This document shows positions 38,940 to 51,670 of a DNA stretch of 64,000 nucleotides, piece by piece. The stretch is from Geosiphon pyriformis uo1 (taxonomy: Eukaryota > Fungi > Glomeromycota): positions 310,001 to 374,000 of the forward strand of contig JAAOMT010000372.1 in the NCBI GenBank assembly GCA_016748015.1. Reading direction: 5' to 3'. Position 1 is the stretch's first letter. Each line of letters opens with the position of its first letter. The translations under genes were made by a program, and so were the position numbers. Under the pieces are notes generated by a model. It had not been told where the DNA came from, searched no databases, and saw only the letters and a program-made list of their open reading frames with translations.

Positions 38940-40992
38940 ATGGGAACTAGGGTCTACATTGGTCGTCTCGCGAGAGATGCTCGTGAGCGAGATATTGAAA
39001 AACTGTTTCGTGGCTATGGCAATATTAGAGAAATCAAATTGATGAACGGGTTTGGTTTTGTTGAATTTCGGGACCATCGTGATGCTGATGATGTTGTTTA
39101 CACCTTTAATGGGAAGTCTTTCATGGGAGAGAAGTATGTCAATTAATTTTAAAATGGAAACCATAATTTCTGGCTCTCTTTCTCGCCTAGTTTACCTATT
39201 AGTGAAACCTGTTGACTCATCATCTGAGCGACAAAAAATTATATTGGCCTTTCTGAAAAATATTCTAAACCTTTTTCTATGGTTAAAAATGCAGACTTAT
39301 TGTTGAATATGCTCGCGGCGAGAGACGACGTCGTGATCGTGATGATCGCAGGGATAGAGATAGGGACGAACGCAGAGACAGGGATAGGGATAGGGATGAT
39401 CGTCGCCGGGACGACCGCGACCGTGATCGTGGTAGCAGGCATGTTGCAGCAGTCCTGGAAACCTTTATTCCTCTCCCCTTTCCTTTTTTTTTTTTGCTTG
39501 AATTTGTTTTCAATTTGATTTTTTCTTGGATGAGTTTAACGATCTGAACGCTAGATCCTGGTTTTATTTAATTTTTATAGTCGGTTCGCCCCTCCCCAAA
39601 GAAACCCCCAGTATCGATTGATCGTAGAGAATTTGTCTTCAAGCTGTAGCTGGCAGGTATGCAACCCTTGTTCCGTACTCCCTACATAAGCCGCTTCTGC
39701 TCCTACTGTTTGGCTGGACTCCTGGTCCAACTCTTCCTAGTGGTTTTGACAAGATTGAATTGGGCCTGGATGCTTCTTTTCCTCATCTCCATTCCGTTTT
39801 GGTGTCTGTGTGTGGTTTTAGCCGCTTCTGTCTCCCATTGCTCTTTAGACCTATTGCTTCTTTGAAACTTCTCATGGATCAATATGTCTACATTTTGAGT
39901 AAGCTCTTTGGTTCAAGAAATTTTACCACGAATAGTAATGGAAAAAAATGGGTGAAAATGGAGAATTCACAATTTTTACATTGTGGCCCGATCAAATTTA
40001 AAAGCTCCTCTCCAGATAAACCCAAACTTTTACCAGAAATTTGCTTGAATTATAAGAGTTTTCTGGTTCTTTGTATTGTTTATGAAATTCTGGGTCTGTT
40101 TCCAACGGGATATTTGGGTTTTCTCTACCGACTTATGGTCTTTCCGCACTGTCCAATCAAATGGCATTTTCCTCTGGAAACACTGAATCCTGAGGGTCTT
40201 AACGCGCAAGTCCGTTCAACATAACTCAAAAACCAACACTACACTCCTACTCCTATCTACCATTCTTTAACAAAAGGATCTGAAGGACCTAATGCGGAAG
40301 GCTGGTGAAGTAACCTTTGCTGATTGCCACAAGGACCGCGACGGTGAAGGGTATATATAATTAACTCTAATAATCTTTATTAAAAACTATGATAAATCAT
40401 TCATAAATAATTATTGTTTTGTTTAGTGTGGTCGAATTCTCGTCTTACGAAGATATGAAGAACGCTATACGAAAGCTGGATGATACCGATTTGAAAGGCA
40501 AACGTATTATCCTGCGCGAAGCTCCTGTAAATAGTTTGACTAGATTATTTGCCTCTCGTGATTGCAAACACTATTTTTTTTTAATTAACAGTATTTTCTA
40601 TTTATCTATAGGACAACGACACCGATCGCGAACGTGAACGTGACCGTGACCGACGTTCTTCTAGACGTTCACGATCCCGATCCCGTTCGCCTCGTCGTAG
40701 TTCACGTCGGTCTTCGTCTCGTTCCCCTCGTCGTAGCGTTCGTCGCTCTCGCACGAGATCCAAGTCGCCTAGCGGAAAAGATCGTAACTCTCGCTCGATT
40801 TCACCTCGTCATGGTCGAGATGAATCTCATAGTCCAGCCAAAAGAAGTCGATCCAGAAGTGGGGAACGTGCTCGTGAAGACGACAAGTAAGTGAACATGC
40901 TTAATTCAAACGCAAAAATAGTAGCGAATTCCTAAATGCAGATTAAACTTCCTGAATATCATTATTTTAATAGGGAAATGAAAGTGGATTGA
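38940..40992 (+). CDS. SR splicing factor, SRSF4/5/6 (SRp55/B52/Srp2)-like, with two RRMs and an RS domain
   Basis: Exons 38940-39133, 39295-39438, 39581-39656, 40277-40350, 40427-40526, 40612-40886, 40974-40992. Motifs RVYIGRL, GFGFVEF, SWQ|DLKD, GVVEF and a long RS tail; frame stays open across the junctions. Confidence 0.93.
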
Positions 40993-41606
40993 GGATAATT
41001 GATTGGTATAAAACTTTAATTATAAGCAGTCTTTGATATTCTTGCTTAGCTTTCTTTTTGGTATTTCAGATGCCTTGCTTTTATTTCTATCCTACTTTTT
41101 AGAGTCATCCGGAACCGTTAGCTTTCCATTTTGTAAAGTTTCGATGATATGCTGGTTGCGTTGGTTATCTGAGTTCGTGTTATTTTATCAGAGTTTCTTA
41201 TATTAAAAGTAATTCGGCTCTCCTATTACCCATGGCTGTTTCTATGTTGTCTTTTGGTATCTCAGCCTGTTCCATATTTCAAAGCATCTATCACCTATTA
41301 AAATAGAGATAATTTACCTTGTGTATTTTACACTTTCAAATTTTTGTTTTAGCCAATTTGACCGATCATAAGACGAAGCTATCATTATTTACTCAGCGAT
41401 GTTGAAATTTTATTGTCATAGAATATGAATTTCCAACATTGGAATATAGCAAATAGATTTGGGTCCTATTGTGATACTTTTAACTCAGCAGAAATTTTAA
41501 TCACGTTATTTACACCTCATAAACTATATGAAGTTGAATCTCAGATTTGTAAATCCCCTAAGTGAACACTTACACTATAATGATGTGAACTAAACGATAT
41601 TTTTTG

Positions 41607-41612
41607 ACGCGT
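41607..41612 (+). promoter_or_regulatory. Possible MCB (MluI cell-cycle box) ACGCGT upstream of CAC2
   Basis: Exact ACGCGT ~48 bp before the ATG of a replication-coupled chromatin gene. Confidence 0.35.
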
Positions 41613-41659
41613 TTTAACTTAAAATTTGGTTTTTAAACGACAACTAACTGAATCACAAA

Positions 41660-44209
41660 ATGCGAGTAAAGCCTCTTCAGATTCACTGGCACGCCACGCT
41701 CCCAGTCTATTCTGCCGATTTTGAGCCTTTTTCTAAAGGGCGATTGGCAACGGCAGGGGGAGATAGCAATGTTCGGGTACTTGAAGTCATTTCCTACTTG
41801 TAAAGTCATTCCGTGATTGGTTTCTTTGCTTAATTTAAGTATATCTCTGTATTTTGTTGATTTTAAGATGTGGAAAGTAGTGAAATATGAGAAAGAATCG
41901 CCTAGAATTGAGTTCCTCTCAACCTTAAACAGACACACAGCCCCCGTGAATGTGGTTAGATTTTCACCCAGAGGTGATATATTGGACGATTTCTTCGTTT
42001 TTAAAAAATACCCTTATACATAAAATTCTTTAAATCTTACGCAGGGGGCGTTTTAGCGTCTGCTGGAGACGGTGAGTTCTTGAACTAGTTGAGGTTTTTC
42101 TTCCACAGCGAATTTTCCTTGGCTCAAAATAGATTATCCTATATACCCCAAACTCCTTATGATTAACATTAAAGTATTCTCAATGTATTAGATGGGAACG
42201 TTATTTTATGGATTCCGGCTGGTCAAAAGAACCCTAAGCATTCTCTGATTGGGAACTCTGACGGGGATTCAGATGATGAAATTGAAAGCTGGCGAGCTAA
42301 GACAATGCTAAGGTATTTTAAAGGGTATCTCTAGAATCCAAAAATTGTTCAATTTGTCATGATTCTTATCCCTTATTCAGAGGCGCATTATCCGATATTT
42401 ATGATCTTGCATGGTCACCTGATGCGATGCACTTAATCACCGGGTCTATAGATAATACTGCAAGAATATGGAACACTCACAGCGGTTAGTCAATTTTATT
42501 ACTCCCCTAGTAAAGTATTATTTAAATATTATTAACCAGAGTCAGTCATTCTTGTAGCAACATGTTTATATATTTTAGCCGATCACAGCCACTACGTCCA
42601 AGGGGTCGCTTGGGACCCTTTAGGAGAATATATAGCTACTCAAAGCAGTGACAGGTAAATTGAAGATGAGCTAAATTTTTGAAATTTTCATTTATTTACA
42701 AATATAGTCTACGAATATTAGATCCGTTCACCTTTATTCATACGGCGTTCAGTCCGATGGAAGCCTAAATATCCTTGATATGGGAAAAAATATGAATTTT
42801 AAAAGAGAATCCCCCAAAGTTGTCGGTTTTTCCGATCCCGATACTTTACATAATCCCGAAAAAGATACCCAAGAGCTTATTACTGGCACCTCCACAAAAA
42901 TCAATCCATCTTCCCTCGATATTAATTCTGAGGACTCACCCAATAGAGAAGATATTCAAAAAAACGGCTCCGAAAATTCCAAGATATCTATTCCTTTAAA
43001 AGTGATGGCCTGTCCTAATAACGAGTTTATCTTTCCATCCTCACCGATTCAACCAAAATTTGCCCCAACTCAGACATCATCGGCAATATCGACTGCGCTT
43101 AAAATTTCCCCCTCCAAACCGTTCACAAAATCTTTTCGCATGTATTGTGATGAGAATCTCAATTCATTTTTTAGAAGATTGACATTTACTCCTGATGGGG
43201 CGCTTCTTCTAACACCAGCTGGTCAATATCGTGCCTTAGCAGAAAATATCAAAATTGAATCTGAGGCAAGAAATACTGTTTATCTTTATTCTCGTAATAA
43301 ATTGAACAAGTAAGGCTTTTTAGCTTTAGTATCTCCTTTTATTTAGGCCTGATTTTTGAACAGTATCACTTTCTCAATAAAATTCAGGTTACCGATTGCA
43401 TGTCTTCGAGGTTACCAAAAACCATCTATATGTGTGAAATGTAGTCCTGTACTTTACGAATTACGAAGCTTCCAAGAGGAATCCAGGGATTTCGACATTG
43501 ATAATTCTTTATCTGACACGAGTATCAACGGCACTTCGAAAAATAACGAGACAGATTTACGAACATTTGAATCAAAGCTTTTCGGTTTATCAACAACTAG
43601 GCTTTTAGATCTACCTTATCGAATGATTTACGCGGTTGCAACTCAAGACGCTATCATAATATATGACACTCAACAATTAAGTCCTCTCGTAACAATATCT
43701 AATTTGCATTATGCCACTTTTACAGACTTAACTTGGTAATGTACCTTGAACTGAGCTTGTAATGGCAATGGCAAAGACCTGAATTATTTATTAATCTCAA
43801 GATCTCAAATATCAAAAGGTCTGCGGATGGTAACACTCTAATTGCTACATCATCCGATGGATTTTGTTCAATTGTTTGCTTTCATAAGGGTGAGCTTGGC
43901 GAACTTCATTCTAAAACTTTTCCCACTTCAGATATAAAAGATGATTCATTGGAAAACGCAAGTTTGACTTTGGACCTCAAAAATTCTATTCCACTTAATA
44001 CGCCATCGGCTTCCACAGTTCCCCAGCCAAATCAGAAAACCGCAACTCTTAACCTATCTACAGTGGGATTTGATAAAGAAAAAGTTGTCCCATCAGCCCC
44101 AACTGTTCCACAAAATGTTAAAGATCTTCAACAACAAACAGAATCATCGCACCAAAATAAAAAAAGAAGAATTGCACCTATTTTTGTGGAATCTTTGGAT
44201 ACCAAGTAG
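41660..44209 (+). CDS. CAC2: Chromatin assembly factor 1 subunit B (p60), WD40 protein
   Basis: Nine exons: 41660-41776, 41868-41973, 42045-42071, 42192-42312, 42381-42484, 42558-42654, 42722-43309, 43388-43735, 43819-44209. Motifs [60 protein letters not shown], and C-terminal Asf1-binding B-domain KRRIAP. Confidence 0.95.
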
Positions 44210-45691
44210 ATAGTTACTCTGAAACCCGCAAAAGTTGTGGATAGTGGCAAGCTGAAACAAGATCCTTTACACGATCAAGTATTAAGATAGATTCTTTTTT
44301 AAGTGTAAAACCCCACAGCATTCACGACCCCAAAACATCTGATCGCGACAAAATCCCATAATACATGGAGAGGCATCTATTAAGAGGAAGAAATCGATGA
44401 TGTGTAGTAAACAGATTTGGTTAGCTTTATAGTGATTTTTAATTGTGTCTGCAATGCGGGAGATGAATTCCAGAGCCGCTGGTTATATTCCTCTACAGGT
44501 ATTGTCAAATTCAAGTACAGAATTAGTATTTTTATATAAATTACTTATTTATTTAAAACTCGATTTAAATAAATTTAATTTTTAAATTTCAATTATTGTT
44601 AATTGTTGAAAATTTTATTGAATGCATTTTTTATATTGAACTTAATAAAATATTTTTTTTAATGTTAAAAAAAATATTTGGTTATTGTATGTTATTATGT
44701 ATTAAAAATGTAATTAGCTAATTAATATTATTTGATTTTTAATTGATTTTAACTTAAATAACAGTATTTTTTCTATGGCTGTTAAAAAAACTTTATTGTA
44801 AAATCAAAATTTTAAAACTTGTTTTTTAAAGAATCAAATTAAGAATCTTGGTAAAATAGTTATTAATATATTCAAAAAAAAATTTAAGTTTAAAAATAAG
44901 TTTAAAGCTGTTTTATTATATAATCACAATATAATCAATAATAATTTAAATTTTATTCTAAGTAATAATGTTTTTATTAATTTGGTAGTTTTTTAAAACT
45001 AAAAAACCAGAAATTAAATTTATTATACAAGTTATAAAAACTTAGATAAATAAGTTTTTTGTTAAAAATAATTATTTAAATAGATATATTAATAAAATAA
45101 ATACATAAAATTTATTTATTTTGTTTAAGCTAAAATAATTTTAATAAGTTTAAATAGCTAATTATTATAATTTTTTCTTTTATATTTTTATAATTAAAAT
45201 AAAAAATAAAAAATTACAAATATTATTATATCTAAAACTATTATTATTTTTATTAAAAATACATTTATAGTTATAAAAACTGAATAATACTTTGTAAAAA
45301 TACTTTTTTAAATAATATTATAATAAACTAATTTATTATTAATATTACAAATAAATATATTAAGTTATGTTTTATAATTTGGTATTATAATTTTATATAA
45401 TTTGAAAAATTTTGGTAAATTTAAATATTTTGTTTTAATTTAAAGTTTTTTGTAGTTGAGTTTTTTGTATAAAAACAAAAATTCAATATTAATAGTTTTT
45501 AATATTTAATATTTTATTTTTTGGTATTGGTAAATATTTAATTATTAATAAATTAATTTTATATTATTTTTGCTTTTTTTACTAAATAATATTTGATATT
45601 ATAATCTTAATATTTATTTTCTAATTAATTAATTTGACAATAAAACAACAATAAAAATAAAAAAACAAAACAAAATAAAGTAATAAGAAAA

Positions 45692-45694
<3 letters not shown>

Positions 45695-45727
<33 letters not shown>
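45695..45727. repeat. (AAT)n microsatellite
   Basis: About 11 perfect AAT units. Confidence 0.85.
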
Positions 45728-45738
<11 letters not shown>

Positions 45739-45849
45739 AAAATTTAATAAATACAGTATAATTGCTATTTAGTATATAGAATCAAGACTAAAGTTCCAGT
45801 TAGATACAATTTATGTTTTTATTAGATATAATTAATTACTTAAACTAAT

Positions 45850-46601
45850 CAAGACAATACTAAGCTCTTATATAAAAAATAATTTTACAATTCAAATCTA
45901 AAAAAAAACAAGCAAAACTTATAAATACTAAAATTAATACTAAATAACTTATTAATACAATTTATGGTTTCTTTTGTAAATTTTTTTTTCAACATAATGG
46001 CTGGTTTATTCTAACAATTGTGCTCTTCTAATAAATTATTCTTAAATTTTTATTTTTGTTTTCAGGTTTTTTACCAGATTATTTTTGACATCAAATATTT
46101 AATACTTAATTCTTTTAATTAATTAGTAAACAACAAAAAAACAAAAGAAAATAAAATAAAATAAAAAATTAGTATCTTATCAATAGTCATGATTAAGAGT
46201 TATTGGTTCAATGTGATTAAATATTAAATTTTATTAACATAGAGTATTAATAGTATAAAAGTAATTAATATTTCTTTAATCAAATGATAATAACATAGGT
46301 TGAATAATAATGGATAATTTTATTAATATAGAAATAATTCTAATTTAAATTATAAAAAATTATTTTTTAAAAAAAAAAGTATTGTTGTTTTAAATTAATC
46401 TGAACTCTATTGAATACTTTTTTTGCTTTTAATATTCTTACTATATATATATAATTTATATTATACAAAATTCCTTGAAATTCTTCAATTTTTTTGAAAA
46501 AAATTCTGAAATTTTGGAATCCTGCAATTTTTTTTTACTACACCTATTTTTAATTGGCTATTTTATCTAATTATTATAATTTCTAATTTCTATAAGTAAT
46601 A
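45850..46601 (-). repeat. Highly degenerate family B LTR
   Basis: ATGGCTGGTTTATTCT, TTTTACCAGA, AATTAGTAAACAAC, CTATATATATAT and terminal TTTCTATAAGTAATA match B LTRs; left boundary uncertain. Confidence 0.7.
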
Positions 46602-49599
46602 TTTCCAAATACTAATATAGCTTTATAATATTAATTTTTAAGCACAAAACTTTTACAAAAAAGTGCATATAGTTTAACATTCAACAAACATAAGAAAAAA
46701 ATTCCAGTACTATAAAAGATAGCAAAGTGCATAATTCTATTAAAAACTTTTAAACTGCAATTTGGTTAAGTATTATTTTTCTATAGAAATTAGTTTTCTT
46801 TGAATATATAAACACATAATTGAAAAACTTAATTTCTATACAATATAAACACAAAATTCTTAGATAGCTTTTATTATAAAGTTTTTTTTTGATAACAACA
46901 AACAGTTTTTTATGAACTGCTTTTATAAAATATGTATACAAACTAGCTAAAGTCTTACTAATAAAGTCTAAAAGCATATGTAAATTCAAATGCCAAATTA
47001 TAAAAGTTTGAATCTAATCAATTTTCTAAACCAAAGACTAATCTATTATTCTGGAGTCAGACTTAGCTTTTTAATAAGTACAATTTACTAATTTATATAT
47101 ATTTCAAACAAAACAATAAAAATTATTAAACACAGCCAAATTATTAGTCTTAATAAAACATGTATATATGTTGTTAAGCAATAATAAAAAAGAACAAACA
47201 GCTCTATTTGCCAAAATATTAGCATAAATATTACTTAAAATCTTTGAATATTCTTTAACTTTTAACCAAGCCACCAAAAAATTCTTATCTCTAATCAAAT
47301 TCATAATATAATTTTTTTTTATTAAACAACAATTGTAAAAATCAGAACCTAACAACTCTAATTTCAAAATACATGTATTTATAATAGCTTAACTATTTAA
47401 GTATACAATTATAATACAAAAAGAAGACATATATTCTAAAAACAAAACAACAGTTTGCAATTTGGTTAATATTAAAGATAACAATCATTAATTCTGATTC
47501 TAATTTCCAAATTTACTTTAAAAAAATAAGCAGCAGTTCTATTAACAATAGCAAAAAAACCCAAAATTTTCAAAAATTTATTAGTATATACATTAATTGT
47601 ATTTAACCAAATTTTATGCTAATGTTTTCTCAAAGTTGAAAACTTATTAATTAATAAAATACTACTACTTACTGACCTAAAAATTACACTAAAAGAAGCT
47701 AATACAAGATCTGTATTGTGCAAAAACTCTAATATTAGCACAAACCAAAAAGACACAAACTTTTTAAAATTTAATTTTTTCTAGCAATAAAATATTTTTT
47801 AATTCATGATTTTGCTTTGTTTATTCAAAAGCTTATTGCAAAAAGTCATACCAAATTTTTTCAAAAAACCAATTTTATCAAAATATAATAAAGTTTCTAA
47901 AATACTTGATATAAAAAACTTGTTAAAGTTAAGAAATACACAAAACAAATTATTTACTAATGAAAAACTATTGTTCAAAAATATACACACTATTCTAGCC
48001 AAAAAATTGCTGAAAAAATTGACTTACAACTTAACCAAGTGCTATAAAAAATTTAAAAAAACCCAGTTTAAAACTTAAAAATCCAAAAATTTGTAATTAA
48101 AGAGCCAATTAAAAATATGCATAATATTTACAAAGACAACTATTGAAGTAATCTTTTCTTTTATCTGAATTTGTTTAAATATTTTTAGACTATACAATAA
48201 AAAATGATACAATATTTTACTAAGAAAGTTGTAAAATAAGCCAGCTTTTATCTTAAAATTCTTTCTAATTAAAACATTTTATTAATAGCAAATCTCAAAA
48301 AAAACAAAACTAAATCGTAATTAATAGCCAATTATAAACTATAGAACAACCAAAACCAGATACAAGAACTGTTTATTTATAACAGTTTTTCTCAATACTA
48401 TATTTGAAAAAAACTTAATATTAAATTAAGCTTTAGCCAAATTAGACTTAGACAATTTATTTGTTAACAAAAAAATTCTCAAATATCTGTATAGTATATT
48501 ATTTTTGACAATTAAAATTAACAAATTATTGATTTTTAAAGAAGTATTCTTAACTCTTTAATTAATAAAAATAACTACAGTCTTATCATTATTAATTGAA
48601 ATATTATTAATTAAGATAAATTTACTGGTAATATTTAATATATATTGTATAAAAGTCTGACTATTTTTAATTCAGATAGTATTATTAACAAAAATATTAA
48701 TTGTAAAAAGAAAGTTTTTTCTCTTTTAATTTTTACTCTATCTGTTTTGGTCACAAATTTAATATTAATTCAGTATTTATATAAATATTTATGTTTTTTA
48801 ATCTTATATAAAAGAGAATTATAGAAGATTTTTTAAAGAAGAAAAAAAAATATCTTATTCTGATCTAGCTCATTATGTACTCAATATCTATTTGTAAGAT
48901 TAAAGTTTATTATTATTTTATTTATTTTGTTTTTATAAATATTGTTACAGGTTGGAATAACAAGCTAACAGATAGCAAGGAAGAACAGAATTGTAGGGTA
49001 ATGAAAATAATCAAAGAGAATTTCAACTTTAAAGAACGAATTAAATGAGTATGGATTCAATATGTGAGATCAGTCTCATAAAATATCTCAATTGCTATTC
49101 TTTTCAAAAGTAACTGGGAAATCTGAAGGTAGAGAAATAGTCTGTACTGTCAACAATTAATCACTGCTGGTATTAATTTTATGCCTTCACGTCAGTGCTC
49201 TTAAAATTTAATATCAGGTATCAACTTGTGCTCTTCAGTCACATTTATACAAATAGTCTTCAAATACTACAATTATTCAAACAAAAAAAGACCAACAAGT
49301 AATCTTTTATTCTAAAATGTTCGGATACTTGAAGGTAAGGAAAGGAAAATTAGCAATAAGAGAGTGATTGAGATAAAAGTTGTTATTTTTATTTATTTGA
49401 TTCTTGTCTGAGAGATGATTTTCTACAGCTAAGAGACTCATTGCTTATATAGCTAATAAAAGTGGTCAATGATCAGGTCATTGATCAGGTCAATGATCAG
49501 GTTAATGGTCAGGTCATTAATTAGGTCAATAATCACTATCTAAAAATAAAGTGGCTAATTATATAACATCAATGGCTAATACATGTGATAACTAATAAA

Positions 49600-50248
49600 A
49601 ATTATGGGTTTCAATCATAACATCATTCTTTCCAAAGAGATTGAGCTCTGGCAAAATCAAGCTATTTATAGGGTATTCTAATTGAAGGGTTTTGTCTAAC
49701 TCAAAACTAACTAGTTTGTTGAAATCTTTTGTGGATAGAGTGTATAGTACTTAAGGTAAAATAAGCTTTGTATCTAAGAGACCAAATCTTTGTATAAGAG
49801 TTTTGGCTCTTCTTGCAATGATCAAAACTCTTGGGACATCTAAATGTATAATGCACAAAATTTCCACTTGTATCTCTGAAGTTGTTTTTTTCATAAGCTT
49901 CATTTCTTCTATGATTTCACCAAGACAACCATAAAGTTCTAGTTGCCTTCCATATGACAAGTTTTTGTCTATGGGCAAGATTTCTTTAATCGTTTTTCCA
50001 ATTGTCATGGAAGGTATAAGTATTGCTGCTGTTATGCTTTCTAGCAAATACTTATCCATTTTGCTACCAATTTTTTCTCTTCTGGTAAAGGTTTTCTTTG
50101 GTCTAATAACAGTATGTGTTCTACTGTTATCAGTTATGGTGGTTTGTTTTCCAATAGTCAGAGTAGCATTTGGATAATTTTTGATCCAGTACTCATGGAG
50201 AGTGTAGAAAGTGTTTTGAATGTTTTGATCTAGGAAATAATTGTTCAT
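49600..50248 (-). pseudogene. ORF3 of C3 (unknown function)
   Basis: ORF 49751..50344; after one stop the frame continues through the polypurine tract. Confidence 0.72.
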
Positions 50249-50289
50249 GTCAATTGAGGATATCTCTGTTTTGGGAATGGTGTATTTAT

Positions 50290-51603
50290 TTATATCTGAT
50301 TTTTGTTGATTATTTGGGTCAGTATTATTACAACAGGTAACCAATCAGGTCATTTGTGATATTTCTTGAGTCATATGCCATGAACAGGGCAATCATTGAA
50401 GATTGTTTCATATTGATCTTGTAAGATATAAGAACTATTGTTCAAAATTTTGTTAACTATAAAGGGTCCTTTCCACTGGCTAGAGAATTTATTACTATAG
50501 ACATTGTCTCTGTCTGAACAGTATTTTAAAACTAAGTTACCAACACTTAAAGAAAGTGTTTTATATGTTTTCTTTTTCTTAAGCTTCTCTTGGATTTGTT
50601 TTATCTTTTCTAAGGCAATTATCCGTGCTTCTACTAATGAGTCAAGAATGGTACCAAGTCTTTTTTGCAAAATGTTTTTGTAATTCTCTATTGTTATTTC
50701 TTCAAAGGGTATTGTCTCAATGTCAGTTTCTATTGGTAGAGTTGTCATTCATCTATAGAGTAGATAAAAGGATTCATAACTTGTTATGTCATGATTCACA
50801 GTTCTATAAGCAAACAAAGCTGAAGGCAGTACTTTGTCCCATAAGTTTGTTTCTTCACTGGTTTTGGCTAGAGTTTCACATAATGTTCTATTGAAATGTT
50901 TTACTAGGCCATTTGTTTGGGGGTGATAAGGAAAAGAAAGTTTGTAACGTATTCCCATTTTTCTGCAAAGTTCTTCAACAAGTGTACTGAGAAAAGCTCT
51001 TCTTCTGTCAGATAAAAGTTCTTTGGGGCAGCTATGGCGACAAATGATATCTTCATAAATGAAATTGGCTATTGAGACTGCTGTTTGGTCTGAAGTGGCT
51101 CTTGCTTCTACTCACTTTGTAAGATAGTCGGTAGCTGTAATAATGTATCTGTTGCCATCAGAAGTTATTGTTAAAGGTCCAACAACATCTATACCAATTC
51201 TGTCAAAGGGTTGATCAACAAAGATTGGATGGATATCTTCTTTGCGATTGGATTTTCCTCTTCTTTGACAGATATCACAGGTTTTGATGTATTCAGCAAT
51301 GTCTTTTTCCAAAGTAAGCCAATAATAGCAAGCTAGAGTTTTCTGAATTGTTTTTGTTTTTCCAAAGTGTCTAGCTAATGAATCAGTGTGCATATTGTAG
51401 ATCACAATTTTTCTTTCTTCAAATCTGATGACTCTTTGGAGGCAGTCAGAATTTTTTCTATTTCTTTTATAAAGTTGGTTTTGGTGAATCAAATAGAAAT
51501 TTGATTGTTTGCACAAATGTTCTCTTTGTTGTCATGTGTATTTTGGTGGGTATTGTTCTTTACCCAAAAATTCCATTAAGGCAGAGTAGTTGTCCAAGTC
51601 CAT
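50290..51603 (-). pseudogene. Integrase of C3 (own ATG: MDLDNY)
   Basis: HHCC, IGIDVVGP, YHPQTNGLV, WKGPF. Confidence 0.9.
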
Positions 51604-51670
51604 TATTATGTTTGTCAAAAAGGAAGAATTACTAATAATTAAGTTGGTTTGGTTTGAGAGAGTTGTTCTG

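Noticed and set aside
39760-40224. 154-aa ORF nested in the SR intron
   Set aside because: Non-ATG start, no recognisable domain; probably a chance ORF in a less AT-rich intron.
44210-44520. snoRNA or extra exon downstream of CAC2
   Set aside because: CpG-retaining, but no convincing C/D or H/ACA box pair, stem or ORF; likely 3' UTR.
49040-49150. Intact intron-containing tRNA-Met gene in the C LTR
   Set aside because: Only the anticodon arm and variable loop match; no D-arm, TTCGA T-loop or acceptor stem. Reported as complementary boxes instead.
49751-50344. env gene
   Set aside because: No signal peptide, furin site or transmembrane anchor.
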